Source: a virus (Duplodnaviria > Caudoviricetes). From it: 60,181 bases of DNA. The notes below the pieces were generated by a model that was given only the letters and a program-made list of their open reading frames with translations, ran no database searches and was not told the DNA's origin. This document shows positions 10,401 through 20,214 of this stretch, piece after piece. A program made the translations under genes and the position numbers. The first letter of the stretch is position 1; the number at the start of each line of letters is the position of its first letter. The stretch lies in IMG/VR virus record IMGVR_UViG_3300042559_001222, positions 1 to 60,181 of that record. One strand, written 5' to 3'.

Positions 10401-10485
10401 ACCCAGCCATGATGCCAGTATTACGGGCAGATTTGGACATGGGTTTTGAAAACATTTCCCGCTTCAGGATTTCGTCTTTCATCAT
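7447..10485 (-). CDS. Internal virion / ejection protein (putative)
   Basis: 1012 aa, Pro/Met/Gln-rich N-terminus with FAEGG/RAAGG motifs, helical C-terminus. Confidence 0.6.
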   Translation of the reverse strand: MMKDEILKREMFSKPMSKSARNTGIMAGFEDEMEEEDMQPMARSPQNPEILMNNLRGDMRSVDARYLELAQMVGEEAAMETPPEVLAMLQPQLAAQTAPPMPQGGIGALPQGAQMAPPPMMGQGPAMPPGMEGMPPFPQGGAEQAPPQPFAEGGDVSATGELTLRFGNSNPFGNSNPFGNSDMFGSSMPFSDGMNSGGTTFLGRLQENQAQERVTPSASPLFQGTTSPSQSVNILMPSGAQQPSLTQDIPSLTGYTSKPLDAQESSTAPFGTEQAPPTPDGMPPLRAAGGTLVSEGARLASQGFGKISSALTPYMTRGIEYLDELVTPFLRPGMRVEQMTEDGRRAVIQGRENIVQGPRGPEMGRGTRLEAANTLNMGRVPFSQAIRQDPLLGMAGNAIRKNPKLTALGTGVLAADIALYNNLTSPNAAPRSAEELAQVNALIDQIPPQGPPIRDAKGNYIDPRYSVGARPNPQGAPESSQELTVVGGRPNPVPKEGLPSTTEGTTETTTAAVDPNEQFVQPPSLLQRLVGDKNQFTYDPNLLGRTQEGIIPKKDDTTQFVKDNIFKTRGERIRAEYKDLEPTFRELLGDTKADARTNAFLLLADAGFKFASTYKPTMAMALSESLSGVPKGFAAIVAQAKDRDIKIKTAVLQEAVNSINMQDKVARDLQLKDLEIQGRLANTVLQARSREQLESIRANNAQILENIKGGNTRSNTILTNDLAIQLELVKNQGVVEEDGGMGLTIVKDRKGSFLGTYIKPDANGKLPPAVQSAVDSRWTLRGTDNPFVDNLGDAPTTVETDKGERVKLGNTLRALDNSLKMFDNLRGQYAELYSPGTWFVDKINNVIVPISGGLVRPDVKQTAAAQQIQAGLNQVQKSIASANDQGRVAVQEQEWARDILGDLTKPTEFFTNKEVAAKRFATMEAQLRNARQNVLTQLGFENKDYVMRTPQTGTQVDPFVVPADPEGQKRMFTYLGSTIGTLQDPRATVYIKMPNGRIDAFTPTQLKGLIQK
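9943..9991. repeat. 18-bp tandem repeat (~2.7 copies) encoding FGNSNP
   Basis: gctattgccaaatggatt repeated. Confidence 0.9.
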
Positions 10486-10491
10486 GTTTCC

Positions 10492-11391
10492 TTAGAATAC
10501 ACCTAGTTCTTTTGCCGCTTTCCCAAGGGAGACCCCACCTACGAGCGTTCCTGCCACCTGCTGGAATGGGCTAGGCGTAGGCGTCATCTGTGAACTCACC
10601 GCCATCTGTGTGGAAGGTGCGCCTTTGTAGATATCAGAGATAAAGCCTAACTGCTGGTACGGCTGATATGCCGCCTGAAGTTCTGTGGCACGAAGTGCAT
10701 CCAGCTCACGCTGCTGCTGACCTTGCTGCTGCTGACCCAAGCCGTACTGGAACGTGACATCCTGCTGCCCCAATTGCTGCTGCAACCCGCCCAACGCACC
10801 AATACCCTGTGCCAATTGGCCACCAAGCTGGGCACCTTGCATTTGTCTTCCTTGCTGGGCCTCAAACGCTTGTTGTGCCTGTTGCATTGCGGCCTGATAC
10901 CCCTGATTTAGCATATTAGCGATAGTAGAGTTTTGCGTTTCAGACAAACCGCGCTGTAATTCAGCACGTTGAACGCCTTCTCTTGATCCCCCAAATGCCC
11001 CCGACTTGACAGCTTGAGCTTGAAGGTTCTGCCGTGCCAGTGCGCCTTGGCGATTAATATTGGCCATGGCCGCATCAATAACTTGCTGCTGATACGGGCT
11101 CATGAATTCGCTAACTTGCCCCGGCTGAAAGCGTTCCATCGCCCCAGACAATGTCTGCTGTGCTCCGGTGTATCCCTGTGATGCTTGGTCCATGTAAGGC
11201 TGGTATGCCCCAATCCCAGCCAAACCACGGTTGATGGCGTCTTGCTGTCCGGGAGACATCCCTGCTATTTGGTAGGCAGGAAGATCCGGCATAGGCAGTG
11301 CTTGTGCCGATTTCATGAGGCCCAGTTTAAGGGCCTCTATCTCAGGGGCTTCCCTGACTACTTGGGTTTGAGTTGAAGTATTGGATGCCAT
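10492..11391 (-). CDS. Gln-rich DNA ejection/pilot protein (putative)
   Basis: FMSPYQQQVID and GAFGGSREGV motifs, Gln-rich, C-terminal Gly-rich hydrophobic helix. Confidence 0.65.
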   Translation of the reverse strand: MASNTSTQTQVVREAPEIEALKLGLMKSAQALPMPDLPAYQIAGMSPGQQDAINRGLAGIGAYQPYMDQASQGYTGAQQTLSGAMERFQPGQVSEFMSPYQQQVIDAAMANINRQGALARQNLQAQAVKSGAFGGSREGVQRAELQRGLSETQNSTIANMLNQGYQAAMQQAQQAFEAQQGRQMQGAQLGGQLAQGIGALGGLQQQLGQQDVTFQYGLGQQQQGQQQRELDALRATELQAAYQPYQQLGFISDIYKGAPSTQMAVSSQMTPTPSPFQQVAGTLVGGVSLGKAAKELGVF

Positions 11392-11393
11392 GA

Positions 11394-13808
11394 TTATCCT
11401 CGGGCCGCGTTGCGTTCTAGTTGATGCATCAGTGCGTACATACGTTTCGCACCTTCGCGGCGACTACCGCCGCCAGCGCCACGTACAGCTTTGGCTGTCA
11501 TGACGAATTCGCCATCGGAGAGCATGGCAGGAATGGAATCGGACTTCTCGGTCCCCGGACCGCTGATCTGGCCTACCTTGCGAGGATATCCGCCTTGCAT
11601 CAAAGCTGCAATACCTCCATCGGCATATGCGCTAGGAACTTGGATATTTTGCATGGTGTAGGGAGATTGATATTGATGACTACCCGTAATATTTCCTTGT
11701 GGACCGTACGATACGCCCGGAAGCCCCTGTATCAAATACTGGCTAGGATTAGCATTAATTAAGTCCAGACCCGGAGTTCCATATAACTTGTCTTTCATTG
11801 GGTTGTCCGGAGGGTCTCCCGGAGAGAATCCCCCCGCTAAAGCAATTGCGCCAATTCCAGCCGCGGTGGCTGGACCATATGACCGCATGAAGGTGGGAGA
11901 TAGTTCATCCACATATTTGATTGCGTCCCCTACGCTCTTACCGGGATTTTTAGCCATGAAGTCATCAATCATGGCGGTACGTTGTTCCCCAGACGGTCCC
12001 GGAAACAGTAAATCAGAAGCACCTTTGTACATCTGACCTGCGCCCTCAGAAAAATCTCCGGTCAGGAACTTCTTACCACCTTGGTACATATCGCCAAAGG
12101 TATCCTTTATCCCCCGGCCACCGGGGGTGTAGGGATCTACCCCGGTACCCGAAGCCCCTTCTCCCTTGTACGGAGTAGTTACTCCCGGAATTTCGGTATT
12201 TGGAAGCTCTCCGGGGTAAGACATATACTGCACGTTATCCGCAACATCAAGCGAAGGTAAAAGTTCTCCGGTTGAACTACGGGTAGGAACATCAACATTG
12301 GTTCCAGCTTGTCTAGATGCCGCTTGGGCTTGGTCTACTCCTGCATCAAAAACAGCTTTAGGCTTAGTATCTAGGCCAAAACTCTTGGGAACCGCATTTG
12401 GACTAACGTCCATGGAAGTTCTTTTCCCCGTCATCTTTCCTTCAAAAATACCGGCCCCCGTATTAGGATCTTTTCCTAAGTACTGAGAAGCTTCGCCATC
12501 TACCATGTAAAGGTCGTAGGGCTTTAGATTATTTGAATTTATTGCATCGTTCAGGTTATTGATCTTCTGCCCCATTGCTGCGGCACCGCTCCTCTGTTGA
12601 GTCGTAGGGAGATATTTATCTATGTAGGCTTGGCTATCATCCGCCGCATCCAAGGGATCTAGTTTTGGACCATTAGTTGTTGCGTCAGCCGCAGCAGTCT
12701 TCGCCGCTTGATCTGCATCAACCTTAGACGCACCACTCAGGTAAGCCGTGCCTCCCGCAATAGCACCCTCGATCAGGCCGGACTTAACCGCATCCTTGAA
12801 GTTCTGGCCTGTAGCCATGCCCACGCCTGTGCCGATAATTGCCGCATTTGCTGCTTCGCGGACCGCGGCGTTCGACAAGAACTGCCCGGTGTATTTACCG
12901 ACATAATTTGATACAGGTCCGCCGCCCGCGGTCAAAAAGCCGGTAGCCGCAGCAGTAAGGGAAGCTTTGAGGTCACCGCCCGCCGCTGCCGTAACAAGGC
13001 CAGAAGATAAGGCACTGGTGGTTGCAGCTACCGCTGCTCCAGAGAAACCTGACATAATTGAGCCCACCGCAGGACCCAGCGCCATACCCAGTGCAATAGT
13101 TCCAATGATTCGGCCCAGCGGGCTGCTCAATGCCTTGGTGATGGTCTTACCGATACCACGTTTTCTAGACAGCAGTGGCCAGAACTCGGGGAGACCCGTC
13201 TGTGGATTGATCGTCCCTGAACCGCCACGGGCCCTTAGAAATCGAGCCTCTTCAGGGGTAATGTGCGCCAGCATGGTGTCACCGTTACGGCCTTGGCTGG
13301 CCACGATCCGCGCAGCGTCAGCAATGCCACCTCGGGCAAACTGCTGGGGCGGGGGCATCATGCCCGGTGGCATACCGCCTTCCATCTGTGGCATACCGCC
13401 ATCAGGCTGGGGCATCGGTGCCGTCATGCCTTGACGGGTGCGCTGGATATCCACCAGAACCATCAGCAATGTGGCAATGAACTCTTCGTCGTACTCAGGA
13501 GGCAGTTCTTCAGCAGACTCTAGGAACCGATTTTTTACGAGTTCCTGTACCTTTGCGGCATAGTTCTGCGGATCGTTATACAGGTCCTGTAGCGCCTGAA
13601 TCAGAAGAGCGAGTTGCTCGTCCGTTAACTCTTCCAGTTCTGGACGAATCTCGGCCAACGCCTCCTGCATCTCCATGTAAGCATCAGGACGGGCTTGCAT
13701 GAGGCCCTGCTGCATTGCGTCATACGAATCAGACAGGCTCAAAGAAGGAGCCTGTGCGCCCTGACTTTCTGGCAATGCCATGATGCCTTGATTAGGTGCT
13801 ATAGCCAT
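11394..13808 (-). CDS. Internal virion protein with membrane-like Ala/Gly segment
   Basis: FARGGIA, GRNGDTMLAHITPEEA...INPQTGLPEF, YADGGIA and GPGTEKSDSIPAMLSDGEFV motifs; ATG at 13808 preferred over TTG at 13814. Confidence 0.65.
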   Translation of the reverse strand: MAIAPNQGIMALPESQGAQAPSLSLSDSYDAMQQGLMQARPDAYMEMQEALAEIRPELEELTDEQLALLIQALQDLYNDPQNYAAKVQELVKNRFLESAEELPPEYDEEFIATLLMVLVDIQRTRQGMTAPMPQPDGGMPQMEGGMPPGMMPPPQQFARGGIADAARIVASQGRNGDTMLAHITPEEARFLRARGGSGTINPQTGLPEFWPLLSRKRGIGKTITKALSSPLGRIIGTIALGMALGPAVGSIMSGFSGAAVAATTSALSSGLVTAAAGGDLKASLTAAATGFLTAGGGPVSNYVGKYTGQFLSNAAVREAANAAIIGTGVGMATGQNFKDAVKSGLIEGAIAGGTAYLSGASKVDADQAAKTAAADATTNGPKLDPLDAADDSQAYIDKYLPTTQQRSGAAAMGQKINNLNDAINSNNLKPYDLYMVDGEASQYLGKDPNTGAGIFEGKMTGKRTSMDVSPNAVPKSFGLDTKPKAVFDAGVDQAQAASRQAGTNVDVPTRSSTGELLPSLDVADNVQYMSYPGELPNTEIPGVTTPYKGEGASGTGVDPYTPGGRGIKDTFGDMYQGGKKFLTGDFSEGAGQMYKGASDLLFPGPSGEQRTAMIDDFMAKNPGKSVGDAIKYVDELSPTFMRSYGPATAAGIGAIALAGGFSPGDPPDNPMKDKLYGTPGLDLINANPSQYLIQGLPGVSYGPQGNITGSHQYQSPYTMQNIQVPSAYADGGIAALMQGGYPRKVGQISGPGTEKSDSIPAMLSDGEFVMTAKAVRGAGGGSRREGAKRMYALMHQLERNAARG

Positions 13809-13864
13809 GATCAATCCTTACGAAAAAGTTGCACTATTTTACTAACTAGGCCAAAAAATACCAA

Positions 13865-15268
13865 TTAATTCCCATTTGTCAGGTCCCAGAAGGACAGTGA
13901 ACCTACCGCATCCCCAGTGGTAGCTCCAGATACTATGCGTATGGCGACAGTGTAAATATCACTTACCCCTGCCAAAGATTCCCCTAACTGCAAATCCCAG
14001 TTATATCCCGCAGGGTCCACTAACGGACTAGTGCCGCCACTGCCTGAAGAGGTGACGTAGTCCGTCTGAACAATCCTACTATCCGCAGGGAAAGACATCG
14101 CTGTAGCCGTTATATTTGCTTCAACGCTAGAGGAGGAAGTAGACACCCAAGACCCACCTGTTAAGGTAGGATTTTTTACGAGAGCTACTTCATAGTTTTG
14201 TGATGTGGTAGGGAGTACTTGAACACGCTGCGGTAATACAACTGCTCCTCCACGACCAGAAGCAAGCCGAATAGATACCAGTGGAAGAAATGTAGTGTTA
14301 ATTGTCGCAAGGGCCGTGGTCCGCCGTGCAACATGACCGTAAGAGTATTGTTCGTACCCACCCTCTGATATAACAGTAGAGCAAATCTGTTTTAGTGACG
14401 CGGCCACTGCTGCCGTTGCACTGGTAATTTCATATCGAACAGGGAGAATAGCTGTAGTCATGTACACACTGGTGATGTCATTTGCGTTATCAAACGTATG
14501 ACATACAATGTATTGACCATCAATAATAAATCCGCAGCGAATTGATCCTACACCAAGCCATTCAAAGTCCATCCATAGAATCTGTGCTTTAGATACATCA
14601 AGGGTGAGTCCACTAGACCCAGTTCCATCTAACTTATCGCCGTTCCAATTGGCTTGCGTAATGTTACGCGCATTACTCACTGATCCTGTTATGTAAGAAC
14701 GCAGGGTAAAAGAATTTACTCCAGCCGCTCTTTGGAAATACACACCGTTTTGTGTATTAAAGTATCCCACGCGTTGAGTCAGGTTGGAACTACTACTTCC
14801 ATCCATGACAAAAGTAGCTAAAACAAGCAATCCCTTACCCGGTTGATATGGAAAACTGCGATATGTTTGCCTAACAGCTGATCCAACCCCCGCGCCTGTC
14901 ACGCTCATTTGTACAGCCGCCTCATTTGTTAGATATGTCGTAGTCCCTGTACCAGTTGTGGATGTGTCAAACTGACTATCCTCTGCGAATCTATTTTGGC
15001 TATCAAATAATGTATACGGCTGGCCTACTCGGAGCCTTCCAAAGGCATCTACATTCGTGCCTCCCAGAGTTACAGGTAATCCGCTATTTGTAGCAACCAT
15101 AACGCTCAATTGTCCTATTAAATTATCCAGCGTGTTGAAATACTGCCGGAGAATATTGTTTAAAGTATCATGGTATTGCCTGTCGTATTCCACTGGGGCA
15201 AAAGGTAACGCGGGGGCCTTTGTCCGTACAAAGGCAACCGATTCAGTAGTTACAATATTGTTTGTCAT
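13865..15268 (-). CDS. Virion structural protein (beta-rich)
   Basis: 467 aa; N-terminal LP.AP.EYD helix then DAFGRLRV domain; overlaps the nozzle gene. Confidence 0.6.
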   Translation of the reverse strand: MTNNIVTTESVAFVRTKAPALPFAPVEYDRQYHDTLNNILRQYFNTLDNLIGQLSVMVATNSGLPVTLGGTNVDAFGRLRVGQPYTLFDSQNRFAEDSQFDTSTTGTGTTTYLTNEAAVQMSVTGAGVGSAVRQTYRSFPYQPGKGLLVLATFVMDGSSSSNLTQRVGYFNTQNGVYFQRAAGVNSFTLRSYITGSVSNARNITQANWNGDKLDGTGSSGLTLDVSKAQILWMDFEWLGVGSIRCGFIIDGQYIVCHTFDNANDITSVYMTTAILPVRYEITSATAAVAASLKQICSTVISEGGYEQYSYGHVARRTTALATINTTFLPLVSIRLASGRGGAVVLPQRVQVLPTTSQNYEVALVKNPTLTGGSWVSTSSSSVEANITATAMSFPADSRIVQTDYVTSSGSGGTSPLVDPAGYNWDLQLGESLAGVSDIYTVAIRIVSGATTGDAVGSLSFWDLTNGN

Positions 15269-17442
15269 CTACGCCCGTCCATCCTGATGTCCATCCTTGG
15301 CGTACCCAACTGCCACTCAGTCCCGAACGAGTCGCACTCAATTCTGAGTGATATTTCTCGACCACGAATCCGCGTATATATGATTTCAGTAAACTCTTGA
15401 ACCTCATAAAAATTCTCAGAGGCGTAACTTTGCTTAGATTCCACTTCTGGAGAAGGGGCTGCACCGTATGCTGATCCCGGATTTCGACGGGGTTTTAATA
15501 ATATGCGGACAGAGGGTTTCCCCGGAGAAGGTGTTGTTGATCCGTTAAATGTAATATCGGGAACCATCTTGGTAACAAAACCATAGTGGTCCCCATCTGC
15601 TATATCAAAGTCTGCGGATTGTATGTAAGAAGATATGGGCACCGGCGGATTGACTGACCCATCATCTACGGCTGCTTCGTGATACACGATCAAATTATTT
15701 GTAGTTGCGGCCATTGGATAGTCCCGCAAAGGCGAATCAATCCATGCAGTTCTGCCTAAATTACCGAAATACCATGCTTTTTCAAGGTAGTTATAAATGA
15801 CATATTTGTCATTTACATTAGAGTTTGCTGAACAATAAAACCACCATACCTCGTTGTAACCCTCATTTGTTCCTGAAGTAAACTGGTACGCCTGAGATAC
15901 ATTGATATCGTCATACACATAACGACGAACGGAGCATAGAAGTGTATCTACGCGTCCAGAGTATATGTAGAACTTATCAATCCCCATCCAAAAAGTAACA
16001 CCCGCCGCAGTTATCATTGCGGTCGGAGAAATCAATGATACGTTATCCGCAAGAAGTGTAAATCCATACACTGACGGAGGCCCTAAATACTGCATTGCAT
16101 ACACGGCAGCATCCGTCCACACAAGAATCTCTTGACGCGTCTGTGCTGCGCCTACAATCTCGGAGCCCCTTGACAACCTAAAACTTCCAGCCTGTGTTGT
16201 AGCCTGAACTACCCAATCTGCATAGTCTTCTTGGGCAGACCACCGTATAAGCATAGGATCAAGATCGGTTGAACCTATTTCATTACAACCAAACGCAATA
16301 ACAATTCGAGTTGAGTCCGACACCATCATCTGATTTATCTGGGACGGACATCCCCCCGCAGTTGGAACAACGGTTGCTCTGGTGGTGTACGCAGGTGTAG
16401 TAGTTGGGCCCGGGTCCCAAACATACAAAGCACCTCCCCTTGGAGAAAAAAGCAATTGCTCACCGAAGTTAGATTGACTCCACAGCCGAAGTTGAAGACC
16501 AATCCCAGTAACGTATGCTGTTCCCCAACCATGGGCCCATGAATCCGTAATGCTTCCAGCATTCCATGGTCCTGCGCCCCAGCCTGTCCCCACCGTGTAA
16601 ATCGCCTGTCCGGTGTTTATTTGATACACCGAATCACATGATGACCCTCCGTTTCCTGTATCAAATGCAGTTGCCGTAACAGATGCTCCCGGCTCACCTA
16701 TTGGAGAAGGAACCCGTGCTGAAATGGTGTAACTAGTATTGGATAAAACGCTGACTATCTGGTATTCCTGATTTAGTACTTCTGCTGTAATGCCCGTGGT
16801 AAGCGAAAGAGTTTGGGTGCCCGCACCCGTGCTCGTTATATTGACCGCTGATCCGCCCGCCGTAAGGGACAACTTACAAGTACTTCCTACGCTATCTATA
16901 ACGTAATAATCCGTATCAACTGCTAATCCAGCGGGAAGAGTGCCCGTAGTAAATACGTTTATAACGGTACCGTTAGGCAGTGCTGTTGTAAGTGTCAACA
17001 CATCTGTAACAGCAGCCGTATACACCTGTGTACTTAGTGCGACTGCATTTGAAAATGTAACAAAATCTCCAGACTGAAGATTAGTTGCCCCTAAATCGTC
17101 AACTATTAATACAGATGAATTGAGTGTCGCAGAAAATGTGGTTTCATCGGTCGTTGTATTGCCAATTGGAGTGATGTCGTAATAGGTGCCACCATCCTCT
17201 AGGTAGAATTTTAAATTCGTGCCTACCCCTAAGATGTTGAAACCTTTTAGGGTGATCCAATTAAACAATGACCGACATACCCCAAGAAACGTGTTGTAGG
17301 ATAGCGCCGCCCAGCCCCCAATTTTTTCAGGGAAACCGAACCTGAAACGAATTTTATCGCCGTCAAACCAGCCACTCTTTCCACTGAGCGTGGTAAGTTC
17401 TTTTACTATCCCGGGCTTAAACTGAAGCTTCTGTAGTGGCAT
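15265..17442 (-). CDS. Tail nozzle / stabilisation protein (P22 gp10/T7 gp12-like role)
   Basis: 725 aa beta-rich; MPLQKLQFKPGI...RFRFGFPEKIGGW start, IRWS.QE motif, D.R.DGRR end. Confidence 0.65.
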   Translation of the reverse strand: MPLQKLQFKPGIVKELTTLSGKSGWFDGDKIRFRFGFPEKIGGWAALSYNTFLGVCRSLFNWITLKGFNILGVGTNLKFYLEDGGTYYDITPIGNTTTDETTFSATLNSSVLIVDDLGATNLQSGDFVTFSNAVALSTQVYTAAVTDVLTLTTALPNGTVINVFTTGTLPAGLAVDTDYYVIDSVGSTCKLSLTAGGSAVNITSTGAGTQTLSLTTGITAEVLNQEYQIVSVLSNTSYTISARVPSPIGEPGASVTATAFDTGNGGSSCDSVYQINTGQAIYTVGTGWGAGPWNAGSITDSWAHGWGTAYVTGIGLQLRLWSQSNFGEQLLFSPRGGALYVWDPGPTTTPAYTTRATVVPTAGGCPSQINQMMVSDSTRIVIAFGCNEIGSTDLDPMLIRWSAQEDYADWVVQATTQAGSFRLSRGSEIVGAAQTRQEILVWTDAAVYAMQYLGPPSVYGFTLLADNVSLISPTAMITAAGVTFWMGIDKFYIYSGRVDTLLCSVRRYVYDDINVSQAYQFTSGTNEGYNEVWWFYCSANSNVNDKYVIYNYLEKAWYFGNLGRTAWIDSPLRDYPMAATTNNLIVYHEAAVDDGSVNPPVPISSYIQSADFDIADGDHYGFVTKMVPDITFNGSTTPSPGKPSVRILLKPRRNPGSAYGAAPSPEVESKQSYASENFYEVQEFTEIIYTRIRGREISLRIECDSFGTEWQLGTPRMDIRMDGRR

Positions 17443-17444
17443 GG

Positions 17445-18641
17445 TTATCTGCCTTTTAAGGATTCAATCTCCAACCGCAATTCCTTAATCGCTGCAAAAG
17501 AAAGTGCACTGAGCTTTGCGTAATCTACCGCCAAGCTCCCATCGGGACGAGTACGAACGGCCTCAGGGAAAACCTCTTGGACATCTTGTGCAATTACCCC
17601 AAAATCTTGCTTTTGTATGAAGTACCCATCTTCACCGCCTTTTTCTTGTACATAAGAATCTTTCCAAGAAAAAAGTTTTCCACCAATTGCAGATACCACA
17701 TCAAGCGCATTTGGTATATCTCTAATATCTTCTTTGTATTTTCTATCAGAAGAATAATAGGCAGTGACATTATTAGTGGCCCTGATTTCACCCGATGTCC
17801 CAGATGCGGCAGTCCCAATACCCAAGGAATCAAATCGGACATCACTGGTTGTTCCAATACTTTGCGGGGTAGAAAGCGTAATGGTGCCATTACCATTTGT
17901 CACGGTAATCTGGTTTGCTGTACCAGTTAGAGTACTTTTAGATAAAGTATTTCCTGTTGTGTTTCCAATCAATAACTGGCCGTCCGTAAAGGTTGTCTGC
18001 CCTGTACCACCGTTTGATACAGGGAGAGTGCCTGTTACGTTTGTCGATAAAGAACAATAGGTGGTAGAAGCGGTCCCTGTACCTCCTGAAGCTATAGGGA
18101 GTGGCGTAGTCAGCGACAACGTATCCGATGTGAGTGAAGTAGTCGCAACAGAATCCGCAGTTATCGACGTGGTAGATACATTTCCCAACGACAACGAAGC
18201 TATGTAATTAATTGCCTCTTTAACGTTATACGAGGCTCCCTCACAGTACAAGAGCACAGTTTTACCCGCTGGTATAACTACTGTAGTTCCAGCAGGGGAT
18301 GGAACAGTAGTGACATTAACGTCAGTGGCAGCATAAATAGTGGCCGCGTGTGAGCTTGCATTTATTACTACATAAAGCTTTTCTCTTGGGGGGATAGCTA
18401 CACTGAATGCTCCTCCCGTGCTCGTATCCAATGAAACAATCATATTCCTAGCTTCATCTACCGCACCATCTGTGGCTTGTAGGTAAGATGGGCTCACCGT
18501 AACTAATACCTCTTCGTATCCCGTAATCGCTTGTTCAATCAAAGAGCCTAGATTGACATTGGTTGTCGTTCCCCATGTACCTGACTGTTCGCCATTGGCA
18601 ATGAGTTCAATACGTAAATTAGGGCTGTAGGTACTTGGCAT
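17445..18641 (-). CDS. Tail fibre with C-terminal intramolecular chaperone (peptidase S74-like)
   Basis: SSDRKYKEDI, GVIAQDVQEVFPEAV and LAVDY motifs; GTLPVSNGGTG repeats. Confidence 0.8.
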   Translation of the reverse strand: MPSTYSPNLRIELIANGEQSGTWGTTTNVNLGSLIEQAITGYEEVLVTVSPSYLQATDGAVDEARNMIVSLDTSTGGAFSVAIPPREKLYVVINASSHAATIYAATDVNVTTVPSPAGTTVVIPAGKTVLLYCEGASYNVKEAINYIASLSLGNVSTTSITADSVATTSLTSDTLSLTTPLPIASGGTGTASTTYCSLSTNVTGTLPVSNGGTGQTTFTDGQLLIGNTTGNTLSKSTLTGTANQITVTNGNGTITLSTPQSIGTTSDVRFDSLGIGTAASGTSGEIRATNNVTAYYSSDRKYKEDIRDIPNALDVVSAIGGKLFSWKDSYVQEKGGEDGYFIQKQDFGVIAQDVQEVFPEAVRTRPDGSLAVDYAKLSALSFAAIKELRLEIESLKGR

Positions 18642-18653
18642 CGTCTTTCCTTA

Positions 18654-19166
18654 TTAGGCCAGCATAGATTCAGCGTGGGTTTTGGCTTCTGCCACCCGGC
18701 GCAGCCACCCTTTACCGAACGTCGCAAACGTAGGCAGACTGCGGTAAAACGCTTCCTTTTCTGCACTGAATTTTGCCACTAATTCGCTCTGATTGGCATC
18801 TTTTAATGACTGCATGGTCTTGGGGCCAATAGCGCCGTCCGGGGTAGTGCCGATGGCTTTCTGCATAGTCTTGATCGCACGACCGGGGCCAGCGTTAATG
18901 GCAAAGTCAAACATCAGGTAGTCCAGACCGTCAGGCATCTCGTCGCCCTTAACTGCATCCCAGTACTTCTTCTTGTACATCGGACCTACCGTTTCAGGCG
19001 TCAGAGCGCGCATTGCCTTTTCGTCAACAACGTGACCTACCCACTCTTCCCAGACTTTCTTGGTCACGCCAAGGTTTGTCATGCCGCCGGGGTCTTTTGG
19101 ATGGTTTACGAACCCACCTTCATGCTTCAGGATGGCTTTAAGGGCTTCGTCGAAGTTCTCTTTCAT
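18654..19166 (-). CDS. Endolysin, glycoside hydrolase family 108 with peptidoglycan-binding domain
   Basis: HEGGFVNHPKDPGGMTNLGVT, FDFAINAGP, DGAIGPKT, FGKGWLRR. Confidence 0.92.
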   Translation of the reverse strand: MKENFDEALKAILKHEGGFVNHPKDPGGMTNLGVTKKVWEEWVGHVVDEKAMRALTPETVGPMYKKKYWDAVKGDEMPDGLDYLMFDFAINAGPGRAIKTMQKAIGTTPDGAIGPKTMQSLKDANQSELVAKFSAEKEAFYRSLPTFATFGKGWLRRVAEAKTHAESMLA

Positions 19167-19573
19167 TTTTTGGCTTTCATATCAATGATCTTCTCAAGCG
19201 TTCTGCCGCCAAAGTAAAACGACATCACCAGCATCCCCCACTGCCCCAGCAGTTCAACGAAGGAGTCGGCAATATCAACTAAGGCTGCGTCAAGAATTGC
19301 CAGCACCAGATATGCCACCAGAATGTAGATCAGCGTCAATGGTCGGATGTTCTTGGACAGCCAGCTATCGCTGCCCATGTCAGCTTTTAAGCGATCCGTC
19401 AGATTGTTCTGTTCGGTCTTGTACAAGTCAGTGTCGTTCGCCATCTTGGCAAGTTCACCGTCCTGCGCCATCTTGGCAAGCTCCAGTTGCGCCTTGGCCT
19501 TGGCTTCCGGATCAGGAATCAGTTTGTCGATCAGTTTGCCGCCAATGCCCAGCAGCGCGTCTAGTCCTAGCAT
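19163..19573 (-). CDS. Holin (3TM/GTA-holin-like)
   Basis: IDKLIPDP, DSWLSKNIRP, TM helices, FYFGGRTLEK; overlaps the endolysin start. Confidence 0.8.
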   Translation of the reverse strand: MLGLDALLGIGGKLIDKLIPDPEAKAKAQLELAKMAQDGELAKMANDTDLYKTEQNNLTDRLKADMGSDSWLSKNIRPLTLIYILVAYLVLAILDAALVDIADSFVELLGQWGMLVMSFYFGGRTLEKIIDMKAKK

Positions 19574-19574
19574 G

Positions 19575-20192
19575 TCAACCCCCTTGTTGGAACATCCATC
19601 TCATAAAGTAACCAAAACCAGCGATCAGTGCAAATATCACAATCATTGCCAAAACGGCCTGTATTGTCTCAAGCTGCTTGGCCTTAGCCCGTTTTTTCTT
19701 CATAGCTTCGGCCTTCTCGTGCAACCGCTTCTCGGTCTCTGCACGGCGCTTGGCTTCTGCCTTGGCTTCTCTGTCTGAACGGAGCTTGTGCATCCGTACC
19801 CAGAACTCTTCCCACATCCCTGACTCTTGGAAGTGATAGATAAAGATGTGCTTGATGTCGTCGTAGTACTGCTTAATCTGGCGGTCAATAGCCATCAACT
19901 CCATCACGTACTCGGCATCCGACATATGGTCAGCTACCGTCTCGCCCCGCTCTATCGCCTCTTCCTGCGCTATCTTCGCTTCTTCTAACTGCGCCCTGTT
20001 TGTTTCGTATTTACCTGCCGCTGAGAAAAACTTTTTCACCGGGGAAAGCGACTCGGATAAGTTTTTCCCTGACTCGACGCATTCGTTAATGCTGTCAAAC
20101 GCTTCCTTAGCTTCATCGGCTGCGGCTTTGATACCGTTAACTACAAGCTTTACGCCTTGTATAGCCAGCCCAATCGTTATCGGATCGATCAT
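19575..20192 (-). CDS. Hypothetical membrane-anchored coiled-coil protein upstream of holin
   Basis: 205 aa, MIDPITI start, C-terminal TM helix. Confidence 0.7.
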   Translation of the reverse strand: MIDPITIGLAIQGVKLVVNGIKAAADEAKEAFDSINECVESGKNLSESLSPVKKFFSAAGKYETNRAQLEEAKIAQEEAIERGETVADHMSDAEYVMELMAIDRQIKQYYDDIKHIFIYHFQESGMWEEFWVRMHKLRSDREAKAEAKRRAETEKRLHEKAEAMKKKRAKAKQLETIQAVLAMIVIFALIAGFGYFMRWMFQQGG

Positions 20193-20214
20193 GATTCATA
20201 AGCTTTCTACTTTG

